The translations under genes were made by a program, and so were the position numbers. Of a stretch of DNA of 64,000 bases, positions 9,000 to 18,583 are shown one piece after another; the stretch's first letter is position 1, and the number at the start of each line of letters is the position of its first letter. The notes beneath the pieces are model-generated. The model did not search any database, was not told where the DNA came from, and saw only the letters and a program-made list of their open reading frames with translations. The stretch comes from a bacterium (GTDB taxonomy: Bacteria > Patescibacteriota > Minisyncoccia > Phycocordibacterales > Phycocordibacteraceae), in assembly GCA_037200965.1 (NCBI GenBank), contig JBBCGK010000001.1, positions 1 through 64,000 on the forward strand. Reading direction: 5' to 3'.

Positions 9000-10277
9000 A
9001 TGCTCGACATACATTTCATCCGGGAGAACGCGGACCTCATAAAGGCTGGGGCGCGGAAGAAGCGCATCGCGGTCGATATCGACCGCCTTCTTGCCGTCGA
9101 CGAGGAACGCAAGTCGATCAGGCAGCGGATGGACGAAAAGAAGGCGGAGCAGAACCGCATGAGCAATACCATTGCGCTCGCCCAGGGTCCGGAACGCGCT
9201 GCCCTCATCGAGGGCATGCGGCATGTGAAGGAAGGATTCCAGGAGCTCGAGGAGAAATATAAGACGGTGATGGAAGAATGGCAGAAGCTCATGCTCCTCG
9301 TGCCGAATATCCCCGACATGTCGGTGCCGGAAGGAGAGTCGGACGCGGACAATGCGGAAGTGAAGAAATGGGGGGAGATTCCGCAATTCGGTTTCGAGCC
9401 AAAAGGGCACGTAGAGCTTATGGAAGCGCTTGGGATGGCGGACTTCGAGCGGGGCGCGAAGGTGGCGGGGTTCCGCGGATACTTCCTTAAGGGAGACGGC
9501 GTGCTTCTTGCGAATGCGCTGTCCCAGCTCGCGCTCAAGCATTTCCTCGCGAAAGGCTTCGAGCCGATGATCGTGCCGTCCTTGGTCCGCCGCGAAGCAT
9601 TTATGGGAACCGGGTACCTTCCGCAGGGGGAAGAGGATTTATATAAGACGCAGGATGGGGAATTCCTCGCGGGAACCAGCGAAGTCGCCACGATGTCCTA
9701 TTACATGGACGAGACGCTTGATCTCAAGGATTTCCCGAAAAAGTTTCTTTCATACTCGCCGTGCTTCCGCCGTGAAGCGGGGAGCCACAGCAAGGACACA
9801 AAGGGCCTTTTCCGCGTGCACGAGTTTTTCAAATGGGAACAGGTCGTGCTTTGCGAGGCGTCGCACGCGAAGTCGGTAGAACTCCACGAAGAGTTGACGC
9901 GGAATGCCGAGGAATTCATCGAGCTTCTCGGCATCCCGTACCATACGGTGGTGAACTGCGGAGGGGATCTCGGGCTCGGGCAGGTGAAGAAATACGATAT
10001 TGAGGCGTGGATGCCTTCGCAGGCGCGGTACCGCGAGACGCACTCATCTTCGTATTTCCATGATTTTCAAACACGCCGGCTGAATCTTAAATATAAAAAC
10101 GCGGAGGGCAAGATTGAATTTGCGCATTCGCTCAATAACACTGCGGTCGCGATGCCGCGCATATTTTCGATGCTTATCGAGAACTATCAGCAGGCCGACG
10201 GATCCGTAAAGGTGCCGGATGCGCTTGTTCCCTACATGGGGAAGGAAGTTATAACCCATGGCAGCGGAACGAACTAA
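9000..10277 (+). CDS. serS: seryl-tRNA synthetase
   Basis: N-terminal coiled-coil plus class II aaRS core motifs (FRREAGS, GLGQ...). Start at ATG 9000 (MLDIHFIREN), the typical SerS N-terminus. The GTG at 8955 is rejected. Confidence 0.95.
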   Translation: MLDIHFIRENADLIKAGARKKRIAVDIDRLLAVDEERKSIRQRMDEKKAEQNRMSNTIALAQGPERAALIEGMRHVKEGFQELEEKYKTVMEEWQKLMLLVPNIPDMSVPEGESDADNAEVKKWGEIPQFGFEPKGHVELMEALGMADFERGAKVAGFRGYFLKGDGVLLANALSQLALKHFLAKGFEPMIVPSLVRREAFMGTGYLPQGEEDLYKTQDGEFLAGTSEVATMSYYMDETLDLKDFPKKFLSYSPCFRREAGSHSKDTKGLFRVHEFFKWEQVVLCEASHAKSVELHEELTRNAEEFIELLGIPYHTVVNCGGDLGLGQVKKYDIEAWMPSQARYRETHSSSYFHDFQTRRLNLKYKNAEGKIEFAHSLNNTAVAMPRIFSMLIENYQQADGSVKVPDALVPYMGKEVITHGSGTN

Positions 10278-11088
10278 GGGGGAACGTCTTCGGGCGCGTC
10301 GCCGCGCGCGGCGGCGAATGCTTCGGATACTTGGCGCGATTCTTGCGGCGTTTTGCGTCGCCGCGCTCTTCTATCTCCTATGGCAGCCATACCTGCGCAT
10401 TTCGAACGTGGCTGTAAGCAATGGGGATACCTCGATCGAGGCGATCGTGCGAGAACCGCTTGCGGGAACCGTCTGGGGAATCCTTCCGCGCGATTCGTAC
10501 TTCCTCGTACCGGACGAGACCATACGCAATTCGATACTTGCCGCGCATCCGGAACTCGAAGCCGTTTCCATCTCGCACTCTTCGCTCACGTCCCTTGCGG
10601 TCACGGTAACGGGCAGGGTGCCGCTTGCCCGCTGGTGCGGCATGGCCTATGAGCCTGACCTGCCGCGCTGCTACTTCTTCGATACGACAGGCTTCATATA
10701 CGGCGAGGCGGCGTCTTCGACCATGCGCGCAGGATCTCAACTCCTTTCGACACTTCTTGTCTACGCTCCGCTTGCGGACGAAGCACCGGGCATCGAAGCA
10801 GTCGGGCGGACGCTGCGGAATGCCGGGAAGCTTCCCGCCGCGTTTCAGTTCGCGCGCGACATGGCGAAGCTCGGCGCCATAGCCGAAAGCCTCGCCATCC
10901 GAGGCGACGAGGCCGATCTGCATCTTGAAGGCGGTACTCGCGTCACGTATGTGCTTGGGGACGAAGAGAGGGCGTATGCGCTCGTTTCCTCCGCGGCATC
11001 GGAACTCGATTTTCCTGGCGCTTCTCTCGAGTATGTAGACCTGCGCTTCACCGACAGCGGCAAGGTGTATTTGAAACGGAAGGAGTAG
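10258..11088 (+). CDS. FtsQ/DivIB-like cell division protein (N-terminal TM + POTRA-like)
   Basis: Arg-rich cytoplasmic N-terminus, one TM segment, then an ISNVAVSNGDTS POTRA-like beta region. Overlaps the serS end by 20 nt. Confidence 0.5.
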   Translation: MAAERTKGERLRARRRARRRMLRILGAILAAFCVAALFYLLWQPYLRISNVAVSNGDTSIEAIVREPLAGTVWGILPRDSYFLVPDETIRNSILAAHPELEAVSISHSSLTSLAVTVTGRVPLARWCGMAYEPDLPRCYFFDTTGFIYGEAASSTMRAGSQLLSTLLVYAPLADEAPGIEAVGRTLRNAGKLPAAFQFARDMAKLGAIAESLAIRGDEADLHLEGGTRVTYVLGDEERAYALVSSAASELDFPGASLEYVDLRFTDSGKVYLKRKE

Positions 11089-11106
11089 ATAGTGTAAGGT
11101 GCGGAC

Positions 11107-12099
11107 ATGCACTTTTGGGAGAAACTCAGGAAGCCCTTCTTCGCGCTCGCGCCCATGGCGGACGTGACCGACCCCGCGTACCGGAGGCTTATCGCGCAGA
11201 CCGCCAAGCCCGACGTCATGTGGACGGAATTCGTTTCCGCAGACGGCCTCTACCACACCCGTGAAATAAAGAAGATGTCGGACGCGGAGAATCCGCTCAT
11301 GCGGGACCTGCGGTATACGGAAGCCGAGCGGCCCGTTGTGGCGCAGATATTTTCAAGCTCGCCGGAGCGCATCGCGTACGCTTCGGAGCTTGCGGCCAGG
11401 CTCGGCTTTGACGGCGTCGATATCAACATGGGTTGTCCGGACAAGACTATCGAGAAGCAATGCGCGGGCGCGGCGCTCATGAAGGACCCGGTGCGTGCGA
11501 AGGAACTGGTGCGCGCCGCCAAAGACGGCGTAGCGCGCGCCACTCCGGGCGGCATTCCCGTTTCGGTAAAGACGCGCATCGGATACGACCGGGAAGCGCT
11601 CGATACCTGGCTTCCGGCTCTTCTCGAAACGGAGCCCGCCGCAGTCACTCTCCATCTCCGCACCCGCAAGGAGATGTCGCTCGTGCCCGCGCACTGGGAT
11701 CTTATGCCGCGTGCCGTTGAGATCCGCGACAGCCTCGGCTCCAAAGCCCTAATCATTGGTAACGGGGACGTAAAAAGCATGCAGGATGCGGAAGAGAAGG
11801 TGCGCGCGGGCGGGTGCGACGGCGCGATGCTCGCTCGCGCGATATTCGGAAACCCTTGGCTCTTCTCCGAGCGTAGGCCTGAAGATATCACCTCGGCGGA
11901 AAAGCTCGCGGCGCTCGTGCTCCTTGCCCGCTATTTCGAGGAACTCTCGCCTCCCAAGCACTTCGCGATATTGAAAAAGCATTTCAAGGCGTTTGTTTCG
12001 GGTTTTGACGGTGCCGCGGAGCTTCGGATGAAGCTCATGGAAGCGCAGAATGCGGAGCAAGTGGCAAAAATCATCAGGGAAGCCGGACCGTTTTCATAA
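11107..12099 (+). CDS. dus: tRNA-dihydrouridine synthase
   Basis: LAPMADVTD motif and TIM-barrel Dus core (VDINMGCP, IPVSVKTRIG). Confidence 0.85.
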   Translation: MHFWEKLRKPFFALAPMADVTDPAYRRLIAQTAKPDVMWTEFVSADGLYHTREIKKMSDAENPLMRDLRYTEAERPVVAQIFSSSPERIAYASELAARLGFDGVDINMGCPDKTIEKQCAGAALMKDPVRAKELVRAAKDGVARATPGGIPVSVKTRIGYDREALDTWLPALLETEPAAVTLHLRTRKEMSLVPAHWDLMPRAVEIRDSLGSKALIIGNGDVKSMQDAEEKVRAGGCDGAMLARAIFGNPWLFSERRPEDITSAEKLAALVLLARYFEELSPPKHFAILKKHFKAFVSGFDGAAELRMKLMEAQNAEQVAKIIREAGPFS

Positions 12100-12146
12100 G
12101 AAGGGGTTCGTGGTAGAACGGGTCTAGCGAAATAACGGAGGTGCAT

Positions 12147-12764
12147 ATGAGTTCTTTGGCAACCATGCCGCTTGCGTTCGACTACGAAGAACTGCGACGC
12201 GTACTTCAGACTCCGTCAATGTGGGCGTGCAGCGAACGGATTCTTCGATCGCATTTCAAGCCGGAGGCACGCGGATCAGCCGGGAACTACTATACGCTCC
12301 GGCCGACCAGGGACGAATATATCCTCACGCCAAAAGGCGACGAGATACTGCTTCACCTCGAAAGCGACTACGCGCTCGTCCTTGAATGCGACCTGGTACC
12401 GATCGCCTGCATCGGCTTTACCATGGATATTCTCGACACCCGCGTCCTGCACGTTATCCAGATACAAGGGACCAAGACGGAGCGCGCGGTAGCGTGCGTG
12501 CCTCAAGCGACAGCCCGCTTCAGGGCGAACTTGAACCGCCTGAAATGGGACGATGCGCTTGTCGATGTGCTCCTTGAAGTCGCGCGGCGCCTTGCGGTGG
12601 AGTCCGTGCGCATCCGCCCGGCCGAGATGAATCCCGAGTATAAGCGGGGCATGTGCCCTGATGACTTAAGAAACAGGCAACTGGTCACGCGCTATGACCG
12701 GACCGCGATGCGGCTCGGCTTCATGCTCGACCCGCGGGACGGGTGGTATGCGCGGACACCGTGA
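12147..12764 (+). CDS. hypothetical protein
   Basis: ATG at 12147 is preceded by GGAGG 6 nt upstream. The track start at 12141 is a GTG. No recognisable family. Confidence 0.45.
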   Translation: MSSLATMPLAFDYEELRRVLQTPSMWACSERILRSHFKPEARGSAGNYYTLRPTRDEYILTPKGDEILLHLESDYALVLECDLVPIACIGFTMDILDTRVLHVIQIQGTKTERAVACVPQATARFRANLNRLKWDDALVDVLLEVARRLAVESVRIRPAEMNPEYKRGMCPDDLRNRQLVTRYDRTAMRLGFMLDPRDGWYARTP

Positions 12765-12830
12765 ACTGACCGCCAGGCGCGCAAGCGCCTGGCGGTCGAA
12801 TCTTTCGCCTCCCGGCTGTATACTGCTTCA

Positions 12831-13868
12831 ATGGCGCACCAATCCCTGTACCGCACCTATCGCCCCTCCACCTTTGCCGAAGTCGCCGGGCAGCCGCAGG
12901 TAACGCAGCCGCTTGCGGAAGTCGTTGCCTCCAAAAAAGCGGGGCACGCATACCTCTTCGCCGGTTCCCGAGGCCTCGGGAAGACCAGCGCCGCGCGCAT
13001 TTTCGCACGGGAGCTCGGCGTAACCGAGAAGGACCTGTATGAAGTCGACGCGGCCTCGAACAACAGCGTCGAGGATATCCGCGCGCTTACCGAAGGCGTG
13101 TATACGCTCCCGTTCGAATCTCCCTATAAGGTGTATATCCTCGACGAGGTGCACATGCTCTCGAAGGCGGCATGGAACGCGTTTTTAAAGACGCTCGAGG
13201 AGCCGCCTTCGCACGCGATATTCGTCCTCGCCACGACCGACCTTGAGAAAGTGCCGGAAACCGTCCAGTCGCGCTGCCAGGTGTTCGAGTTCAAAAAGCC
13301 CTCACGGAGGGCGCTTGCCGAAGTGGTCGCGGATGTGGCGAAGAAGGAAGGATATGCGCTTGCGCCGGACGCTTCCGAGCTTGTTGCGCTTCTTGGCGAC
13401 GGCTCGTACCGCGATGCGCTTTCGATACTCCAGAAAGTACTTGCGGGTGCGAGCGGAAAAAAACTTTCGCGAGCTGACGTGGAAGGCGCCACGGGCGCGC
13501 CGAGGGGCGAGCGGGTGCATGAGCTCGTCGCCGCGGTCGCGAAAGGCGATCGGGGAAAGGCTTTAGCCGCTATCTCGCATGTTTCCAAAGACGGCGCCGA
13601 TCTGAAGCTTTTTCTTATGCTTGTGCTCGAGGCGCTGCGGTCCATCCTTCTTATCCGCCACGCGCCCGACCTTCGAAAGGAACTGGAAGCGGAGCTTGGC
13701 GCGGACGAATATGCCACGCTCAAGAAGTATGCGGACGAAAGCGGTTCGAATCTTACCCATACCGTTCTCCTCTCCTTCCTCACCGCTTCCGACCGCATTC
13801 GCTTCGCCCCCGTTCCCGAGCTTCCGCTCGAGCTTGCGGTGCTTGATGCCGTTCCCGAGGGGCGGTAG
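12831..13868 (+). CDS. dnaX: DNA polymerase III subunit gamma/tau (short form)
   Basis: AAA+ clamp-loader motifs (GSRGLGKTS Walker A, ILDEVHML Walker B, SRC motif TVQSRCQVFEF). Confidence 0.9.
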   Translation: MAHQSLYRTYRPSTFAEVAGQPQVTQPLAEVVASKKAGHAYLFAGSRGLGKTSAARIFARELGVTEKDLYEVDAASNNSVEDIRALTEGVYTLPFESPYKVYILDEVHMLSKAAWNAFLKTLEEPPSHAIFVLATTDLEKVPETVQSRCQVFEFKKPSRRALAEVVADVAKKEGYALAPDASELVALLGDGSYRDALSILQKVLAGASGKKLSRADVEGATGAPRGERVHELVAAVAKGDRGKALAAISHVSKDGADLKLFLMLVLEALRSILLIRHAPDLRKELEAELGADEYATLKKYADESGSNLTHTVLLSFLTASDRIRFAPVPELPLELAVLDAVPEGR

Positions 13869-13931
13869 AGTATTCGTCAGAGCCCTTTAGTAGTTTTGTG
13901 CAACATCAGGGCTCGCAATGGGAGAGACTTC

Positions 13932-14255
13932 ATGTCTGCATCAAACAGCACTCAGACCGAATCGCGTTCATTCCTGTCCGAGGCGTTTCGCCTTTTCGCT
14001 TCGGATCGACGGGCAGTCGAGCGTCTTTCGCCCGATCATCTGGAAGTCGTTGCCGCCGCGTCGGCGATGGCCTGCGGGAAAGGTTCGCCTTTCGACGACG
14101 ATGAGCTTCTGCGGGTCCTTCGGGCGGCGGTCCAGGATCGTTCGACGGTCGAACAGCTGAGAGGCAAGCTAAGCGCCATCCTCAACCGGGACGCGGCGCA
14201 GCAGCCGCTTTCGCTTGAGGGCGGAGGCCGGGCGCCTCTTCAAGCGAACGCTTGA
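13932..14255 (+). CDS. hypothetical protein
   Basis: ATG at 13932 (MSASNSTQ...) with GGGAGAG upstream. 107 aa, no family. Confidence 0.3.
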   Translation: MSASNSTQTESRSFLSEAFRLFASDRRAVERLSPDHLEVVAAASAMACGKGSPFDDDELLRVLRAAVQDRSTVEQLRGKLSAILNRDAAQQPLSLEGGGRAPLQANA

Positions 14256-14354
14256 TGGTCTTGTGCGCTATGCGCGCTGTCGGAGATGACTCCGGCGGCG
14301 CGCTCGCTTTTTATTTATGGTTAAATCGATCTTTGATGCTAGTGTATTTCGTAT

Positions 14355-14425
14355 TGGGGGATCGTCTAACGGCAGGACAACAGCCTTTGAAGCTGTGTAT
14401 GAAGGTCCGACTCCTTCTCCCCCAG
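14355..14425 (+). tRNA. tRNA-Gln(TTG)
   Basis: Hand-folded cloverleaf. Acceptor TGGGGGA/TCCCCCA (U1-A72 with G73, Gln-like). U8, A14, G18G19 and A21 present. D-stem GTCT/GGAC. Anticodon stem ACAGC/GCTGT with loop CTTTGAA (U33, anticodon TTG, A37). T-stem GAAGG/CCTTC with loop TCCGACT (C at position 55 is atypical). No encoded CCA. Confidence 0.7.
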
Positions 14426-14467
14426 CAGAAAGAGATTGGGCATATCGTTTATTGCTATACTTTCGCT

Positions 14468-14713
14468 ATGCAAGGACTAGCGTCCGGTACGGTACATAAA
14501 ATGCCTGCGGATTTACGAAATGCCCTGGCCGCTTCCGCTCCCGCGCGGACGCTGTGGAACGATATTACGCCGCTCGCCCGCAACGAATGGATATGCTGGA
14601 TCACGTCCGGCAAGAGGGCGGAAACGAGGAACATCCGCATCAAAAAGGCGCTCTCGAAACTCAAGAGCGGGATGCGAAGGCCTTGTTGCTGGGCGGGGTG
14701 TCCTCATCGTTAG
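14468..14713 (+). CDS. YdeI/OmpD-associated family protein
   Basis: Internal ATG at 14468 (MQGLASGTVHKMPADLRNALAAS...RNEWICWITSGKRAETRNIRIKKAL) matches the YdeI family. The longer track ORF overlaps the tRNA-Gln and is rejected. Confidence 0.6.
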   Translation: MQGLASGTVHKMPADLRNALAASAPARTLWNDITPLARNEWICWITSGKRAETRNIRIKKALSKLKSGMRRPCCWAGCPHR

Positions 14714-14798
14714 CAGTTAAAAACTTCAAGGCGCCCTTTGAAGGAAGGTTCTGCGCGGGGCGTTATCTTGATTACGATACTATTCCGTTTCAACCTGC

Positions 14799-15446
14799 AT
14801 GAGCACCCTCATCTCGTTTTTCTCAACCTATATCTTCCTGCTTTCCGCCAGGGAAGTGCAAAAGCAAATCCTGATCCTAGGCGCGCTTTTCGCGCTCATC
14901 ACTCCCTTTATTGAACACGCAAATCTCGCCGACTGGTGGTCGCCGGTATTCGTCTGGGATACGTTTTTCCATATCGAAGACCTGCTCTTCGGTTTCGGGC
15001 TTACCGGCACGGCCCTTGGCACCTACTTTTGGATTTCAAAGGGCGTTCGCGCGAAGATCGAAAAGCAGGCGGTCTTTCCCCGCGCCTCTAAAGTTGTCCT
15101 GACGATTGCCGCGGCATGCCTTATGTTCGGACCCTTTTATCTTATGCATATTCCGTCGTTCTATACCGAAATCACCTGCATGATCGTGCTCTCCGCATGC
15201 GTATGCGCGAGGGTTCCGAGAATGATTCTTCCGGCCATCGCCACCGGAATCATACTTACGCTTATCGTTTTGCCCGGGTATTTTGTCGCGACGCATTTCC
15301 ATCCCGGATGGATACAGGAGTACTGGAAGCTCGCGGGCTGGCCGGGAGAGCTGTTCCTCGGCGTCCCGATAGGCGAGTATGTTTTCTACCTGCTCTCGGG
15401 GTTGTTCATTCCGGCGTTTGCGGAAGCGTTCTTCGCGAAGAAGTAA
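14799..15446 (+). CDS. polytopic membrane protein (lycopene-cyclase-domain-like)
   Basis: 215-aa ORF with ~6 hydrophobic segments. Functional call is tentative. Confidence 0.45.
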   Translation: MSTLISFFSTYIFLLSAREVQKQILILGALFALITPFIEHANLADWWSPVFVWDTFFHIEDLLFGFGLTGTALGTYFWISKGVRAKIEKQAVFPRASKVVLTIAAACLMFGPFYLMHIPSFYTEITCMIVLSACVCARVPRMILPAIATGIILTLIVLPGYFVATHFHPGWIQEYWKLAGWPGELFLGVPIGEYVFYLLSGLFIPAFAEAFFAKK

Positions 15447-15452
15447 GGCGCC

Positions 15453-16034
15453 TCACTTCGCCTGTCCATTCAATTCCGCAGTCCCTGCGCGCCGGAATAG
15501 CAGGGCCGATCCGATCCATACCAGGACGAAGAAAGTGTTCAAGACGAATACCCCAAAGACGCCGGGAGGCTCAAAAAGGAGGGGCTTCCAGAAAACGAGC
15601 GCGATCACGGGAACCAGGGCCTGGGCAAGGGCCGTTATACCCAGTGCGCGCGCCATTCCGCGGGGCCTAAAGCGTGCGATACAGGCGCTCACGAATCCGA
15701 TCGCGAGCACCGCAAAGTACAGCCCGTTGGGGCTGTCCAAGTCCCCGTCCCCGATGATGCCGACGGCCGCGTTTATCCAGACAAGAAGCACCGCTGTCGC
15801 CACCGCAAGGCCGACCGCCGTTCGATATGCGCCATTGTTCCTCGTTTCCGCTACCAGCTCATAGACAAGGCACGCGCCAAAGAGAAGCGCGCCCATGAAA
15901 ACGAAATCGAAGAAGGTCCAGTGCCAGCCGTCCCCGTCGACTCCGCTGCCAAGAAGCGTCAGCGCAAGCGGTATCGCGAGTATAAGCGCGACGACGGCGG
16001 CCCAGACGATCAGTCTGCCTGCGGTGCTTCGCAT
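15453..16034 (-). CDS. hypothetical integral membrane protein
   Basis: 193-aa, highly hydrophobic. Convergent with the upstream gene. Confidence 0.5.
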   Translation of the reverse strand: MRSTAGRLIVWAAVVALILAIPLALTLLGSGVDGDGWHWTFFDFVFMGALLFGACLVYELVAETRNNGAYRTAVGLAVATAVLLVWINAAVGIIGDGDLDSPNGLYFAVLAIGFVSACIARFRPRGMARALGITALAQALVPVIALVFWKPLLFEPPGVFGVFVLNTFFVLVWIGSALLFRRAGTAELNGQAK

Positions 16035-16120
16035 TGTTTTGTGGCTATGATAACCGCCTCAGGGACAGTGAGGTTTCCGTCTGCAAGTCTCGCTCTCGAG
16101 GTCGTATACTTAGAAGTACG

Positions 16121-16522
16121 ATGGACGCATTTCACGAAACTATTCTCAGAATCGTACGCAGCATCCCGCACGGGAGCGTCGCGAGCTACGGCCAGGTAGC
16201 GGAATATGCGGGCGCACCCAAAGCCACGCGGGAAACCGGATGGGCTATGCACGCCCTTGGCGGGACGCCAGATTTCCCCTGGTGGAGGGTGCTGAGTAGT
16301 GCGGGACGGATCAGCCTCCAGGAAAATTCGGGCACAAGCCCTCAGGCGCAGCAGAAGCTCCTTGAGGACGAGGGCATAGAATTTGCAGCTCCTCTTGCGC
16401 TTGATATCGAGCGCTACCGGTACCGGGCCGATACGACCGCGCTCAAGGCTTTCGGGCTCAGTCCGGAGCGCGCCGGGGCCCTGTCTGAAAAATATCGCGC
16501 GAATCAGTTGCCGCTCCTTTAA
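16121..16522 (+). CDS. alkyltransferase-like protein (ATL; MGMT DNA-binding domain with Trp replacing the active-site Cys)
   Basis: Start at ATG 16121 (MDAFHETILRIVRSIPHGSVASYGQVAEYAG). The motif is PWWRV instead of PCHRV. Confidence 0.7.
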   Translation: MDAFHETILRIVRSIPHGSVASYGQVAEYAGAPKATRETGWAMHALGGTPDFPWWRVLSSAGRISLQENSGTSPQAQQKLLEDEGIEFAAPLALDIERYRYRADTTALKAFGLSPERAGALSEKYRANQLPLL

Positions 16523-16620
16523 TTAATAATTATTCCGTGCGGCTCCTTGTTGCCGGGGGCAACGGGCTTTAGTATGGAAGCATACGCGCCCGCGCTGTTT
16601 ATCCTTTAATTTTACGCACC

Positions 16621-17805
16621 ATGATCCGCCATCGACTTCTTTCCGGCATCGGCCTTCTCGCATTGGTAGGTATGTTCGGTGGCATACACGCGCCAAGCGT
16701 ACACGCCGCGGCACTATGCGTATTCGACCGCGACCTCGAGCTCGGGATAGAAGGAACGGACGTGCGCTGCCTCCAGCAGTATCTCAATAGCGCGGGCTTC
16801 ACCGTCTCCCTAAGCGGCGTCGGGTCTCCCGGCCACGAGACAACTCAGTTCAAGGACCTCACTAAAAAAGCGGTAGCGGCATGGCAGGCGGCAAACGGGA
16901 TCAGCGCGACAGGATATTTCGGTCCGGTTTCGCGCGCGAAGTACCTCAGGCTTGCCGGGGGAGCTCCGTCGGCTCCGGCCGCATCGGGCGACGAGGCCCT
17001 CAAGGCCCAGATCGCGTCCCTTCTCGCGCAGGTGAATGCGCTCAAGACATCCGCCCCGGCTGCCGCAAGCGGCAAGGCGCTTGACGCCCAGAATGCGATC
17101 AAGAAGGCGATAACGATGCTAAAGAACGCGGATGACGAGATAGACGACGCGAGCGGCGATATCGGATACGCGGACAAGGAGCTCGACGACGCGCGTGATT
17201 CCCTCTTCAGTGCGGTTAACTGGTACTTCAAGAACGATTTCGCCCAGGCCGTCACGGATGCGGACAAGGCATACGAGAAGGCGACCGACGCGTTTAAGGA
17301 CGCGGGCGGGGAGACGAGCGAGGACAAGACCGACGACTATATCGACAAGATAAGCGACAAGCTCGACGACGCGCGGGACAAGGTCGATGATTCGGACAGC
17401 TCGAACGTAAAGGAAGCGGACAACGATCTCGACGATGCGGAGGACTATCTCGACAAGGCATACGACGCCTTTGACGACGAGAAATACGACGACGCAAAGA
17501 GCTATGCCGCAAAAGCCCGCGACCTCATAGACGACGCGCTCGACGTCCTTGAAAGCAAGGGGGACAAGAACGATGCGAAGGACGCCATAAGCGACGCGGA
17601 AAACGCGATCGACGACGCGCAGGACGCTATCGACAAGGCCGACGACCGGGGGAAGGACGTGGATGACGCGAACGATATGCTCGATGACGCGAAGGCGAAG
17701 CTCAAGAAGGCGAACAGCGTCTATGATGACAAGGACTACGATAAAGCTGTCGACTACGCAAACGATGCGGAGGATCTTGCGAACGACGCGCAGGACGAGG
17801 TGTAG
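16621..17805 (+). CDS. secreted peptidoglycan-binding-domain protein with long acidic Asp/Ala/Lys-rich repeat region
   Basis: Signal-peptide-like N-terminus. PG_binding_1-like segment (...CLQQYLN...GYFGPVSRAKY). About 250 aa of D-rich low-complexity repeats (DDA, DKA motifs). Confidence 0.65.
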   Translation: MIRHRLLSGIGLLALVGMFGGIHAPSVHAAALCVFDRDLELGIEGTDVRCLQQYLNSAGFTVSLSGVGSPGHETTQFKDLTKKAVAAWQAANGISATGYFGPVSRAKYLRLAGGAPSAPAASGDEALKAQIASLLAQVNALKTSAPAAASGKALDAQNAIKKAITMLKNADDEIDDASGDIGYADKELDDARDSLFSAVNWYFKNDFAQAVTDADKAYEKATDAFKDAGGETSEDKTDDYIDKISDKLDDARDKVDDSDSSNVKEADNDLDDAEDYLDKAYDAFDDEKYDDAKSYAAKARDLIDDALDVLESKGDKNDAKDAISDAENAIDDAQDAIDKADDRGKDVDDANDMLDDAKAKLKKANSVYDDKDYDKAVDYANDAEDLANDAQDEV

Positions 17806-17867
17806 ATACGCTGAACTATAAATGATACGATCAGTGCAGTAACTGAAAAACTGCAAGGAGCCTGAGT

Positions 17868-18068
17868 ATGCCGTTAAACGCAGAGACGCTGGCGAAGATG
17901 CCGCCGGGGCCCTATTCCTGGGCGATAAAGGGAAACTTCCTGTACCTTATAGACGGCACCGGGAAAAAGATCGCCACCCTATTGGGAACATCCGAAACGA
18001 GGAACGCGTTGCTTGACTTCATTATCGCAGCCGAGCGACACAAAGACGCACTTCCGGTGCATGACTAA
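17868..18068 (+). CDS. hypothetical small protein
   Basis: 66-aa ORF with ATG start in an intergenic gap. Confidence 0.3.
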   Translation: MPLNAETLAKMPPGPYSWAIKGNFLYLIDGTGKKIATLLGTSETRNALLDFIIAAERHKDALPVHD

Positions 18069-18111
18069 GTGAGGTTCTGAGTTCAGAGCGGCCCGCGGGC
18101 CGCTCTTTGTC

Positions 18112-18549
18112 ATGGCGGGTTATAGTTTCTTCATGACTATGAGCGAGCGGGAATTCGAACATATCGCGGCGGAGGAGTGGAAGCGCATGCCGGAGCGCTT
18201 TTCCGATAAGGTAGCGAATGTCGCGCTGCTCATCGAGAACGAAGTCGATGCCGAAACGCGCCAGCTCGAAGGCCTGGGGGAAGGCGAAACGCTTCTCGGG
18301 CTCTACCGGGGCATCCCGCTCGTCGAACGCGGGAGCGAATACGGGGTCGGCGTGACGCTTCCCGATACCATCACGCTCTACCGCCTGCCGCTTCTTGAAG
18401 AAGCGCACGAAATGGGCGGGGACTTCCCGGAGGCGGTACGGCGCGCGATACGGGAAACGCTGTGGCATGAAGTAGGCCATTATTTCGGCCTTTCCGAACA
18501 GGGCGTGAACGAGCGGGAAGCCGACGGGACGAACCGGTTCGCTCATTGA
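18112..18549 (+). CDS. zinc metallopeptidase family protein (HExxH)
   Basis: WHEVGHYFG zinc-binding motif. The start may instead be the ATG at 18139. Confidence 0.65.
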   Translation: MAGYSFFMTMSEREFEHIAAEEWKRMPERFSDKVANVALLIENEVDAETRQLEGLGEGETLLGLYRGIPLVERGSEYGVGVTLPDTITLYRLPLLEEAHEMGGDFPEAVRRAIRETLWHEVGHYFGLSEQGVNEREADGTNRFAH

Positions 18550-18583
18550 TTTTTCACCAGGGCCGTGTGCTACCATACGGGGT

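Noticed and set aside
14355-14425. Minus-strand reading of the same locus as tRNA-Leu(CAA)
   Set aside because: The reverse fold leaves only one nucleotide between the acceptor and D stems and only a 4-bp T-stem. The plus-strand tRNA-Gln fold is canonical.
14252-14467. N-terminal extension of the YdeI-family ORF
   Set aside because: It overlaps a well-folded tRNA-Gln. The conserved YdeI domain begins at the internal ATG 14468.
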